A stretch of DNA of 64,000 bases from an uncultured Candidatus Saccharibacteria bacterium (GTDB lineage: Bacteria; Patescibacteriota; Dojkabacteria; J137), in the NCBI GenBank assembly GCA_964607415.1, contig CAZSKK010000002.1, forward strand, positions 73,991-137,990, in the 5' to 3' direction. The notes below the pieces were generated by a model, which saw nothing but the letters and a program-made list of their open reading frames with translations, was not told the origin of the DNA and ran no database searches. A program made the position numbers and the translations under genes. Positions 10,120-18,942 of the stretch are shown piece by piece. Each line of letters starts with the position of its first letter. Positions within the stretch are counted from its first letter, which is position 1.

Positions 10120-10954
10120 AATCATAATTTTGCTATCACTAATAATTTTAAACTTAATTTATGTAAGAGATCTTGGAGCTGTGATATTCTCTGATGCTAG
10201 TCAAGTAGAGATTGTGTTTATGGATGTTGGTCAAGGTGACTCCATTTTAATTAAAGATCACAAGACAATTGGTTTAATTGATGCTGGTCCTAACAACAAT
10301 ATTAGTTACCAAATCGATAAATTCATCCCCAAAAGTCGAACAACTCTCGATTTTGCAATAGCTACGCACTTGGACAAAGATCATATTGAAGGATTTTTAA
10401 GCATTCTGGATCGGTTTAAAATAAATAAGTTTTTTATAAATACATCCTCAAAGGATAACGAGTTAATAAAAGAGTTGAAGAATAAACTCGTATTAACCAA
10501 TACTACCACTTACGAACTGTTTTCTGAAAACGACTTCGAGACAGAAAATCTTTATTTTGATGTGTTATGGCCTTTAAAAGACGCATCAGAAAAGGAAAGT
10601 AATGAAAATTCCGTAGCCATTCTTATTAAATACAACAAAATCAGCATGTTTACAGCAGGAGATCTAGGTAGAATAAATGAGATGAAGTCTCTTGAAAAAT
10701 TTTTAGATGAAGATATTGATACAAATATATTAAAGATTGGGCATCACGGAAGTAAGACATCCACTTCACAAGATTTAATCAATTTCATTGAACCAGAAGT
10801 TGCAATAATACCTGTTGGCAAAGATAATTCCTATGGACATCCAGCTTTAGATACTCTGGACCTATTGGAAGCAAACAATATAAAAGTACTGCGTACAGAT
10901 CAGCTTCATAATATTAAATTAAAAACTAATGGATTTAGCTACACAATTTTGTAA
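10112..10954 (+). CDS. comEC: ComEC metallo-beta-lactamase domain encoded as a separate overlapping ORF (split comEC)
   Basis: 280 aa with VFMDVGQGDSILI...ATHLDKDHIEGF...KIGHHGSKTS..., the MBL fold usually fused to the ComEC C-terminus. It overlaps the upstream ORF by 8 nt (ATGAATAA). Confidence 0.75.
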   Translation: MNKIIILLSLIILNLIYVRDLGAVIFSDASQVEIVFMDVGQGDSILIKDHKTIGLIDAGPNNNISYQIDKFIPKSRTTLDFAIATHLDKDHIEGFLSILDRFKINKFFINTSSKDNELIKELKNKLVLTNTTTYELFSENDFETENLYFDVLWPLKDASEKESNENSVAILIKYNKISMFTAGDLGRINEMKSLEKFLDEDIDTNILKIGHHGSKTSTSQDLINFIEPEVAIIPVGKDNSYGHPALDTLDLLEANNIKVLRTDQLHNIKLKTNGFSYTIL

Positions 10955-11049
10955 AAATAGGTTATTATTCTTTGTTGAAATTAACTGGATTTACATATAT
11001 AATTACATGCCAATTAATTCCCAGAATCTAACATTAGTAAGTAAATAAT

Positions 11050-11226
11050 ATGGCCAAGAAGAACAAATCAAACGTATTTAGATTTATATATCCAGAAACT
11101 GGAGAGCATTACACTATTAGATTATCTAGAGAAGCATTTGATAAACTAGCAGATAAAAAGATAATGAAATATAGCTCTAAGCTTAAAAAACACGTTGAGT
11201 TCAAATTAACCAAGAAGGTAAAGTAG
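11050..11226 (+). CDS. rpmG: 50S ribosomal protein L33 (58 aa, below the track's size cutoff)
   Basis: Manual translation gives MAKKNKSNVFRFIYPETGEHYTIRLSREAFDKLADKKIMKYSSKLKKHVEFKLTKKVK. It sits at the canonical position upstream of tRNA-Trp-secE-nusG. Confidence 0.65.
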   Translation: MAKKNKSNVFRFIYPETGEHYTIRLSREAFDKLADKKIMKYSSKLKKHVEFKLTKKVK

Positions 11227-11266
11227 ATTGAGTAAGAGAGCTACCATTTGAAAAGATCGAAGTTTT

Positions 11267-11338
11267 AGAGTCGTGATGTCAATGGTAGCATGACGGTCTC
11301 CAAAACCGTTCGTAGAGGTTCGAATCCTCTCGACTCTG
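11267..11338 (+). tRNA. tRNA-Trp (anticodon CCA)
   Basis: AGAGTCG...ACGGT-CTCCAAA-ACCGT...GAGGTTCGAATCCTC CGACTCT. Canonical rpmG-trpT-secE arrangement. Confidence 0.85.
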
Positions 11339-11352
11339 AATTTATAAGAACT

Positions 11353-11562
11353 ATGAAATTAATAAATATATTAAATATTGTGCCAAATTTTTTAAGCAAT
11401 GTTGTAGCTGAGCTTAAAAAAGTTACATGGCTTCCAAGAAACAATTTAGTTAAGTTTAGTATTTTTGTAATTCTAGTCTTGGTTATTGGAACACTTGTAA
11501 TATTGGGTTTTGATAAAATTTTTACAGAAATTAGAGGGGTTTTAATACTACAAAACATTTAA
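11353..11562 (+). CDS. secE: Preprotein translocase subunit SecE
   Basis: 69 aa, MKLINILNIVPNFLSNVVAELKKVTWLPRNNLVKFSIFVILVLVIGTLVILGFDKIF..., single TM with the SecE motif. The track ORF 11290..11562 overlaps the tRNA, so the internal ATG was chosen as start. Confidence 0.7.
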   Translation: MKLINILNIVPNFLSNVVAELKKVTWLPRNNLVKFSIFVILVLVIGTLVILGFDKIFTEIRGVLILQNI

Positions 11563-11573
11563 AAATATTAAAA

Positions 11574-12164
11574 ATGGCAAAAAAAGAAGAAAATTTACAA
11601 GAAGAGATTAAAATGATTGAAGCACCAGTGAATTTAAAATGGTATATAGTAAGCAGCAGCTCAGGTCAGGAAAAAAAGACAGCCAAACTAATTGAACAAA
11701 GAGTAAAAGCAAATAGCCTTGAACATTTAATTACAGAAGTTGTTGTTCCAACTCAAGAGAAAGTAGTTATAAAAAGAGGTAAAAAACAAAATGTGGAGGA
11801 AAGAATTTTTCCAGGATACATTTTGGTTCATATGGCAGCTACCGATGATACTTTGCACTTGATTAGAAATACTGAAGGAGTAATTGGATTTATAGGATCA
11901 ACAAGTACAACCAAAAAGCCTACACCAATTTCAGAAAAAGAAGTTGAAAGTATTTTGGCATTTATGAAGGTTAAACAACCTGCTGTATTCCAATCTAATT
12001 TCAGTGTTGGAGATGCAGTTAAAGTTGTTGAAGGACCTTTCAAAGAATTTGTTGGTACTATTCAAGATGTTAACGAAGGAAAAGGTCAGGTTACTGTAAT
12101 TCTTTCTATGTTTGGAAGAGAAGTTCCTGTACAACTAGATTTTCTACAAGTTAACAAAATTTAA
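11574..12164 (+). CDS. nusG: Transcription termination/antitermination factor NusG
   Basis: 196 aa. NGN domain plus C-terminal KOW (GDAVKVVEGPFKEFVGTIQDV...). Confidence 0.9.
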   Translation: MAKKEENLQEEIKMIEAPVNLKWYIVSSSSGQEKKTAKLIEQRVKANSLEHLITEVVVPTQEKVVIKRGKKQNVEERIFPGYILVHMAATDDTLHLIRNTEGVIGFIGSTSTTKKPTPISEKEVESILAFMKVKQPAVFQSNFSVGDAVKVVEGPFKEFVGTIQDVNEGKGQVTVILSMFGREVPVQLDFLQVNKI

Positions 12165-12212
12165 TTAATTTATCGCTAATAGCAAAGAGCTAAAAGCTAA
12201 TCGCTAACATAT

Positions 12213-12638
12213 ATGGCAAAAGAGATAGCAAATAAATTTAGTTTGGTTATTGCAGCAGGAAAAGCTAATCCAGCCCCTCCAATTGGACCTATTTTAGGTC
12301 AGAACGGAATTAATATCCAGGAGTTTTGCAACGAGTTTAATAAAAAGACTGCGGAAATGGGAAATGATGAGCTTCCAGTAGTTGTAACAGTTTTTAAAGA
12401 TAGATCATTTGTAATGACTATCAAACAACCAACTGTAACAAGCATGTTAAAAAGAAAGCTTGGATTGCAAAAAGGTTCTGGAACTCCTAATAAGGACAAG
12501 GTTGGCAAAGTTAAAAGAAAAGATCTTGTTGATATTGCAGAAAGAAAAATGCCTGATTTAAATACAAAAAAGATTGATTCAGCAGTAAAGATAGTTGAAG
12601 GTGTTGCAAAAAGCATGGGTATCGAAGTAACCGATTAA
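12213..12638 (+). CDS. rplK: 50S ribosomal protein L11
   Basis: 141 aa, ...AAGKANPAPPIGPILGQNGINI... Confidence 0.95.
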   Translation: MAKEIANKFSLVIAAGKANPAPPIGPILGQNGINIQEFCNEFNKKTAEMGNDELPVVVTVFKDRSFVMTIKQPTVTSMLKRKLGLQKGSGTPNKDKVGKVKRKDLVDIAERKMPDLNTKKIDSAVKIVEGVAKSMGIEVTD

Positions 12639-12666
12639 TTAATTTATAAATTTAAAATTTAAAGCA

Positions 12667-13356
12667 ATGAAAAAAGAAAATAAACTTGAAGGAATCGATA
12701 CAAAACTTCCAAAGACATTGGATGAAGCAGTTGAATTGCTTCCGAAACTTTCAACTAGCAAATTTGTAGGGTCTGTAGATGTGGATGTTGTTTTAAGATT
12801 AAAAGAAAATCAGAAAAAAGAATCCGTAAGAGGAAGTGTTGAATTGCCTAACAAGTTAGGAGAAGATAAAAAAGTAATAGTATTTTGTGATGCTAAAAAT
12901 GTAAGTCTTGCATTAAATGCAGGAGCTGTTAAGGCTGGACTTGAGGATTTAGTTGAGGAAGTAGTTAATGGTTTTAGCGATTTTGATGTTGTTATTGCAA
13001 CTCCAGATGTAATGGCTAAAATTGTAAAAGCAGGCAAAATTTTAGGCCCAAAAGGATTGATGCCTAATCCTAAAAATGGCACGATCACAACAGATATAGA
13101 AAAAACTGTAAAAAGTTTTAAATCTGGAAAAATTAGTTTTAGAATGACTCAGGATCAAGGGGTAATAAGATCAAAAGTTGCAAAACTTGATATGACTCCA
13201 GAACAAATAAAAGAAAATATCATGGCATTTCTATCAGCATGTTCAATTGAAGCAAAAAAACTAAATGGAGCCAATCCATTTAAAAAGATTGTTGTTTCCC
13301 CAACAATGGGCGCTGGTCTAAAGCTTGATGTTAATGATATAATGCGAAGGATCTAA
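12667..13356 (+). CDS. rplA: 50S ribosomal protein L1
   Basis: 229 aa with canonical L1 sequence. Confidence 0.95.
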   Translation: MKKENKLEGIDTKLPKTLDEAVELLPKLSTSKFVGSVDVDVVLRLKENQKKESVRGSVELPNKLGEDKKVIVFCDAKNVSLALNAGAVKAGLEDLVEEVVNGFSDFDVVIATPDVMAKIVKAGKILGPKGLMPNPKNGTITTDIEKTVKSFKSGKISFRMTQDQGVIRSKVAKLDMTPEQIKENIMAFLSACSIEAKKLNGANPFKKIVVSPTMGAGLKLDVNDIMRRI

Positions 13357-13379
13357 CAATTTAATTAGTCAAAGAAAGC

Positions 13380-13610
13380 AGGCATTAATTAGTTTAAGTG
13401 TAAGTAGAAAGCAATAGGAATTATTTTTATTCTTTTTACATTAAACCAATTCTCTAAGCCCTACCGAGACCTATCATGTAAGATTCAAGACGAGCTTAAA
13501 CTCGTTACTTGAAGTTACACATTTAAGAGCGTCTCGAAGGAGGTGCTTTTTTTTGTTAAAGGTTATTCTTTTGACTTTTTATCTTTTACATTTAACTTTT
13601 AACACTTAAA
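13380..13610 (+). promoter_or_regulatory. Long rplJ 5' leader (candidate L10-leader autoregulatory element) ending in a T8 tract
   Basis: About 255-nt non-coding gap between rplA and rplJ with local hairpins (ACGAG-CTTAAA-CTCGT) and ...GAAGGAGGTGCTTTTTTTTG just before rplJ. Bacteria commonly carry an L10(L12)4-binding leader at this position. Confidence 0.3.
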
Positions 13611-13613
13611 TAA

Positions 13614-14150
13614 ATGGCCAAATCTAAAGATCAAAAAAAGGAGATGCTTAAAGCCTACGTTGCAAAGCTGAAGGCTTCTAAATGTATAGTTATAGTAACT
13701 CCAAAAAAATTAACTGCAAACGATGTAGTTAAATTCAAAAAAGATATCTTTGAGACTCAATCAAGTTTCAATGTTGTTAAAAATACTGTTTTTAAAATTG
13801 CTCTAAAAGAAGCTGGGCTTCCTGAGGTTGAAAATTTAACCAGTGGTGAACATGCGGTTTTGTTCAGTGGAGATGACTTTGTCTCTGCAATAAAACAGTT
13901 AAAGAAATTTATGAACGATACCAAAGTCGGTGAAGATTATAAAATTTCAGTTGTTTCAGGAATCTTAGACGGAGCAAGCTTAACAAAAGAACAGGTAGTT
14001 GAACTATCTGATCTACCTACATTTGAAGGAAGCCTTTCTCAAATTGTTGGTATTCTTAACATGGCTCTTTCAAGTGTTATTACAGTTACTGAAGATCCAG
14101 TTAGAAGCTACATGAGTATAATTGAGCAAGCATACGCAAATAAACAATAA
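13614..14150 (+). CDS. rplJ: 50S ribosomal protein L10
   Basis: 178 aa. L10 family, immediately upstream of rplL. Confidence 0.9.
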   Translation: MAKSKDQKKEMLKAYVAKLKASKCIVIVTPKKLTANDVVKFKKDIFETQSSFNVVKNTVFKIALKEAGLPEVENLTSGEHAVLFSGDDFVSAIKQLKKFMNDTKVGEDYKISVVSGILDGASLTKEQVVELSDLPTFEGSLSQIVGILNMALSSVITVTEDPVRSYMSIIEQAYANKQ

Positions 14151-14194
14151 AAGTTATTATTACATTTTTAATTATTAATTTTTAATTTATTGAT

Positions 14195-14581
14195 ATGGCA
14201 ACAAAAAAAGTAACAGAGATCGTTGATCTTATTAAAGAACTTTCAGTAGTCGAAGCTTTTGAACTAAAGAAAGCTTTAGAAGAAGAGTTCGGTGTAAGTG
14301 CAGCAGCTCCAGTTGCAATGGCAATGGCTCCAGCAGCAGGCGGTGCAGCTGAACCAGTTGAAGAAAAAACTGAGTTCAATGTTGTTCTTGCAAATGCAGG
14401 TTCAAACAAAATCGGTGTTATTAAAGTAGTTAAGAATGCAACAGGATTAGGTCTAAAAGAAGCTAAAGATCTTGTAGATGGAACTCTTCCAGTTGTTGTA
14501 AAAGAAAATGTCAAGAAAGAAGATGCTGAAACTCTAAAGAAAGAGCTTGAAGAAAACGGAGCAACAGTAGAACTTAAATAA
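14195..14581 (+). CDS. rplL: 50S ribosomal protein L7/L12
   Basis: 128 aa with an Ala/Pro-rich hinge and the conserved C-terminal domain ...[13 protein letters not shown]... Confidence 0.95.
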   Translation: MATKKVTEIVDLIKELSVVEAFELKKALEEEFGVSAAAPVAMAMAPAAGGAAEPVEEKTEFNVVLANAGSNKIGVIKVVKNATGLGLKEAKDLVDGTLPVVVKENVKKEDAETLKKELEENGATVELK

Positions 14582-14654
14582 GTTATTGGGGTTGTCCCAT
14601 AAATTGGCTTATCGCTTGTAAAATTGCTTTAAGTTCATTGTATTTGTAACTCAA

Positions 14655-14705
14655 GGCAGGTTTATTATATACTGATATGTTATAATAAACCTGCCTATTT
14701 TTTTA
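14655..14705 (+). terminator. Rho-independent terminator after rplL
   Basis: Perfect 15-bp stem aggcaggtttattat...ataataaacctgcct followed by TATTTTTTTA. Confidence 0.75.
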
Positions 14706-14717
14706 CTTAAAAACATA

Positions 14718-15446
14718 ATGGATCAAATTTGGCAATTATTTTTAGACAGAGGGATTTCAGCTGAGGAATTGGAGATATTAAAGCATTCGCTTCTGCTTCT
14801 TTTAATGTTGCCTTTTGTTTCAACAGTTGTTGGAATAACAAGGCATATAATAGGAATCAGCAACATAAGTATTTATGCACCCATTGTTATAACATTTGCA
14901 CTTTATGAAATAAGTTTCGTAAGTGGACAAAATTATGTTTTTCAAGGTCTAAAATTGGGAACCATTCTGTTTTACACAGTTTTACTAACCTCCGCGCTCC
15001 TTTACTACTTTCTAATAAAGCAACTAAGGATGCACTATATTCCTAAAACAAGCTTAGTAATTACTGGAGTTAGTTTTAGTGTGGCTTTTTTATTATTCTT
15101 TAATGCTTACTTTAATAAAACAGGTTTCTTTAGTATTAATACATTTACACTTATCATGATAATTGCTTTATCCGAAGGGTTTATGTCCATTTTCCCAAAG
15201 AAAAATTTTAAGTATGCATTCATTATCAGTACTGAAACGTTTATAATTTCAGTAATTTGTTATCTTGTAATAACCTTAGAATCCTTCCAGGAAGTTTTAA
15301 AACGATATCCATATATAGTTCTTGTTACGATTTTGATAAACTTATTCGTAGGTAGGTTTACAGGCCTAAGAGTAACAGAATACTGGCGTTTTAAAGACTT
15401 ACTTCTGAAACAAGATGTCGACAATAACAACAATTCTCCAAAATAG
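14718..15446 (+). CDS. Polytopic (about 7TM) membrane protein, first gene of an ATP-grasp/protease module
   Basis: 242 aa, almost entirely hydrophobic helices. Architecture and context match the 7TM partners of alpha-L-glutamate-ligase-like ATP-grasp operons; this is inferred, not confirmed by similarity search. Confidence 0.45.
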   Translation: MDQIWQLFLDRGISAEELEILKHSLLLLLMLPFVSTVVGITRHIIGISNISIYAPIVITFALYEISFVSGQNYVFQGLKLGTILFYTVLLTSALLYYFLIKQLRMHYIPKTSLVITGVSFSVAFLLFFNAYFNKTGFFSINTFTLIMIIALSEGFMSIFPKKNFKYAFIISTETFIISVICYLVITLESFQEVLKRYPYIVLVTILINLFVGRFTGLRVTEYWRFKDLLLKQDVDNNNNSPK

Positions 15447-16851
15447 GAAAAGGGTTTTAGGTAGAAACGAGCGGTATCTAAACTTTATTAGACCTAGCAA
15501 CAAATCCCACGCTATAAAAATTGCTGACGATAAAATCCTTACAAAAAAGATTTTGAAAAAACATAATATCCCAGTAACTAAACAGCTTGGAGTAATAAAG
15601 AATAGAAGAGAATTAGAAAAATTTGATTTTGGATCTCTGCCAAAATCATTTGTAGTAAAACCAGTACGAGGTGTAAGAGGTGGTGGAGTTGAAATTTTTT
15701 ATAATAGAGACAAAGATGGCAATTGGATTAAGTCTGATGGTTCAAGGTTTACAATTGAAGATATAAAATTACTTTGCAGAGACATTCTGGATGGTAAATA
15801 TTCCTTATTCAATGAACCTGACACAGTTCTAATTGAAGAACGAATAAGAGCTCATAAGAATTTTAAATACTATGCATATAAAGGTGCCGCTGACATTAGA
15901 GTGATTGTCTACAATAAAGTCCCTGTAATGTCTTATGTCAGGCTTCCAACAAAAGAATCTCAAGGTAAAGCGAATTTAGATAAAGGGGCAATCGGCGCAG
16001 GAATTGATATGGCCGTTGGTAAAACTACTAACTCTATTATTGGAAAGTCTACAAAAATTGAATATCTACCTGAGTACAAGCTTCCTTTATCTGGTTTGAA
16101 AATTCCTTATTGGGATAGAATTTTAAGATATGCTGCAGAAGCAAGTGTGGCAACAGGGCTAGGTTTTGGTGCCATTGATTTTTTAATTGATAAAGAGCTA
16201 GGCCCGTTAATTGTTGAATTAAATGCAAGGCCAGGGCTTTCAATTCAACTCGCAAATGATGATGGGTTAAGATGGAGACTTAAAAAAACTGGAGACATTA
16301 AAGTTAATAAAATTGAAAAAGGTGTACGATTAGCAAAAGATTTATTTGGAGGTGAAATTGAAGAAGAAATTGAAGAAATCTCTGGTAAGCAGGTTATTGG
16401 GCTTATTGAAAACGTTAATATTTACGGTAAAGAAGAGAAATCTGAACTGGTGAAGGCTAAAATTGATACAGGAGCTACAATTTCTTCAATTGATGTGGAA
16501 CTTGCAAAAGAACTTGGTTTTAAAGAAGCAATCGAATATGCTCAAAGTATTTTAAGTGAAATCCCTCAAACATTTTCCTCAATTCACGAAGCAAAAGAGT
16601 ACGCAACTAAACACAACTTAAACGAAAGGCTTGAACAGCATCCAGATATTCAAAAAACTGCTATTGTCAAAGCGAGTAACGGAATTACTTATAGAATTCA
16701 GCTTCCAATGAAGCTTGAAATTTCAGACTTTCAGATAGATACTTATATTAATGTTGCAGATAGAAGCAACTTGCTTTATAAAGTCATTATAGGAAAAAGG
16801 GATCTTAAGAAATTTTTAATTGACCCTGCTAAAAGATTGAAGCTCAAATGA
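15415..16851 (+). CDS. ATP-grasp ligase (alpha-L-glutamate-ligase/RimK-related) fused to a C-terminal retropepsin-like aspartic protease domain
   Basis: 478 aa. N-terminal half carries ATP-grasp motifs (...FVVKPVRGVRGGGV..., ...GAIDFLIDKELGPLIVELNARPGLS...). C-terminal roughly 140 aa contain ...KAKIDTGATISSID..., a DTGA catalytic motif typical of the DUF785/retropepsin-like family that partners RimK. Confidence 0.6.
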   Translation: MSTITTILQNRKRVLGRNERYLNFIRPSNKSHAIKIADDKILTKKILKKHNIPVTKQLGVIKNRRELEKFDFGSLPKSFVVKPVRGVRGGGVEIFYNRDKDGNWIKSDGSRFTIEDIKLLCRDILDGKYSLFNEPDTVLIEERIRAHKNFKYYAYKGAADIRVIVYNKVPVMSYVRLPTKESQGKANLDKGAIGAGIDMAVGKTTNSIIGKSTKIEYLPEYKLPLSGLKIPYWDRILRYAAEASVATGLGFGAIDFLIDKELGPLIVELNARPGLSIQLANDDGLRWRLKKTGDIKVNKIEKGVRLAKDLFGGEIEEEIEEISGKQVIGLIENVNIYGKEEKSELVKAKIDTGATISSIDVELAKELGFKEAIEYAQSILSEIPQTFSSIHEAKEYATKHNLNERLEQHPDIQKTAIVKASNGITYRIQLPMKLEISDFQIDTYINVADRSNLLYKVIIGKRDLKKFLIDPAKRLKLK

Positions 16852-17774
16852 AAGCTCAAATAGCATTATTTTCTGAAACGGATGATAACAACTATACTGT
16901 TGAGCGCTTTAAAACTGAGGCAGACAATTTGGGCTTGGAATTGGACCACTTAAGATACTCTGATATCAACTTCTTCTTTAAAAAAGGTGAGTTAAGAGCA
17001 TGGAGAGAAAATAGTAAAGATAAAGAAATCACCAATTACTACGATTACTTTATTTTTAGATGTACTAAAGATAAACATGGGAATAATTATAAACAAACAG
17101 CGGAAGTCATTAAAAGATTTGCTTTTGATAAAGGCAAAAGAATTCTTAATTTTACAGAAGAATCCAGAAATGTTTTTGGTAATACACCCAAAGTTGAAAC
17201 TTATAGAATTCTTTCTCAAAATAAAATACCAATAATTCAAAGTTTTATTTTCCCAAATGTAGTTTGTTTAAAGAAAAGTTTACCTGGCTTTAAATTCCCT
17301 TTAATTATAAAGAAAGTTAACGAAAGCCATGGGCGAGGGATAAAACTAGTACGCTCCGAGAAAGACCTGCTAAATTTTTTCGAGAAGCATACAAAAGTAT
17401 ATGAATTCCTCATACAAGAATACATTCAATCTAACTCTACTAACAAAGAGGACATTCGGATCATAACAATAGGAAAAAAGGTTTTGGGAGCTTATAAAAA
17501 AGTAGCACCTAGAGATTCTATTATCACTAACATTGCAAGCGGAGGCAATGCCGTTCCCATAGAATTAACTTCTGATATTATTACACTTGGTGAACAAGTA
17601 GCCGAGGCCATGAAGTTTGAATTTATGGGCATAGATGCTATTTATAACCAGGATGGAGAACTTTTAGTATTAGAAGTAAATCGAGCGCCACAGTTTGAAG
17701 GATTTGAAAAAGTAACTGGGAAAAATATACCAAAAGAAGTGTTACACCACATGCTAGACTCTACCCCCGCTTAA
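16848..17774 (+). CDS. RimK-like ATP-grasp (ribosomal protein S6 / alpha-L-glutamate ligase family)
   Basis: 308 aa with ...PLIIKKVNESHGRGIKLV..., ...IQEYIQ..., ...EDIRIITIGKKVLGAYKKV... and ...GIDAIYNQDGELLVLEVNRAPQFEG..., the RimK fold. Confidence 0.7.
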   Translation: MKAQIALFSETDDNNYTVERFKTEADNLGLELDHLRYSDINFFFKKGELRAWRENSKDKEITNYYDYFIFRCTKDKHGNNYKQTAEVIKRFAFDKGKRILNFTEESRNVFGNTPKVETYRILSQNKIPIIQSFIFPNVVCLKKSLPGFKFPLIIKKVNESHGRGIKLVRSEKDLLNFFEKHTKVYEFLIQEYIQSNSTNKEDIRIITIGKKVLGAYKKVAPRDSIITNIASGGNAVPIELTSDIITLGEQVAEAMKFEFMGIDAIYNQDGELLVLEVNRAPQFEGFEKVTGKNIPKEVLHHMLDSTPA

Positions 17775-18864
17775 CACTCCTCTTAAACTGATCAATGTTA
17801 TTTAATGCTATTTCTAGGCCCCTAGCAACGCATAAAAGCGGTTCTTCCACTACATGAGCAGGAATACCTATCGAATTAGTAATTAGTTGATCCAGTCCAT
17901 CCAAAAGAGCTGTACCTCCACTTAACACCATTCCTCTATCGTAAATATCTGCAATTAACTCTGGTGGGGTTTTATCTAAAACTCGCTTTATAACATCTAT
18001 TATTTCATTTAAAACTGGCCTTATGGATTCTACAAGCTCAATATTTGTAACTACTACTGTATCTGGAAGGCCTGTTTTAATGTTTCTTCCCTTCACTTCC
18101 ATTTCTTTTTCATGTTTTGGAATTATTGCACTAGCCAGCTTAATTTTTATGTTTTCTGCAGTCTGCTCTCCGATAACCAAGCCCTTATGTGTTTTCAAAT
18201 AATTTATAATAGCGTTATTTAAAGCATCACCAGCACCCCTATAAGATGAATACGTGACAATACCATTTAGTGAAAGTACAGCAATTTCTGCGGTTCCCCC
18301 ACCAAGGTTTACAATCATATTTCCCGAAGATTCATGTATGGGCAATTTAGCACCAATGCTTGCTGCAATGGGTTCTGGGAACAAAAATATCTTTCCTGCA
18401 CCGACGGAGTTTAATGCCTGTATAACTGCTCTTTCTTCAACAGAAGTAAGCCCTGCAGGAACAGAAACTATTACTTCCGGTTTAAAAAATCTAATTTTTC
18501 CCAATGCATTGTTAAAAAAACGCTTCAACAACGCTTCAGCAAGTCGATAATTAGCAATCCCTCCATTTTTAAGTGGTCGTTTTGCTTCTAAACCTACAGG
18601 AACTTTTCCTAACATTTTTTTTGCTTCGTTACCTATTGCTACAACTTTTTTTTCCTTTGGAGATACTGCAACAACAGTAGGTTCATTAACAACTACACCT
18701 TTACCTTCTAGTATAATCACACAATTAGCAGTACCAAAATCAACTGCCATTTTGGGTTGTTTGAACATACCAGTGGTAGGTTTTGGAATTTTTATTGTTT
18801 TCAAACTCTTTTGAATAAATATTGTATAATTTGTGTGGCAATTAAATTGATTAAATTTTATCAT
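17761..18864 (-). CDS. Second MreB/Mbl-like actin homologue; the true start is probably an internal Met (MFKQPKMAVDFG...)
   Basis: 367-aa ORF with ...VDFGTANCVII... and ...NLGGGTAEIAVLSLNGIV... actin-fold motifs. The 30-aa N-terminal extension looks non-native. Confidence 0.75.
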   Translation of the reverse strand: MIKFNQFNCHTNYTIFIQKSLKTIKIPKPTTGMFKQPKMAVDFGTANCVIILEGKGVVVNEPTVVAVSPKEKKVVAIGNEAKKMLGKVPVGLEAKRPLKNGGIANYRLAEALLKRFFNNALGKIRFFKPEVIVSVPAGLTSVEERAVIQALNSVGAGKIFLFPEPIAASIGAKLPIHESSGNMIVNLGGGTAEIAVLSLNGIVTYSSYRGAGDALNNAIINYLKTHKGLVIGEQTAENIKIKLASAIIPKHEKEMEVKGRNIKTGLPDTVVVTNIELVESIRPVLNEIIDVIKRVLDKTPPELIADIYDRGMVLSGGTALLDGLDQLITNSIGIPAHVVEEPLLCVARGLEIALNNIDQFKRSVKRG

Positions 18865-18942
18865 AGTTAATAGCTATTAGCAGTTAGCTTTTAGAACTTT
18901 AGTATTTATTAACTTTTTGTAACTATAAGCTATTGACCAATT

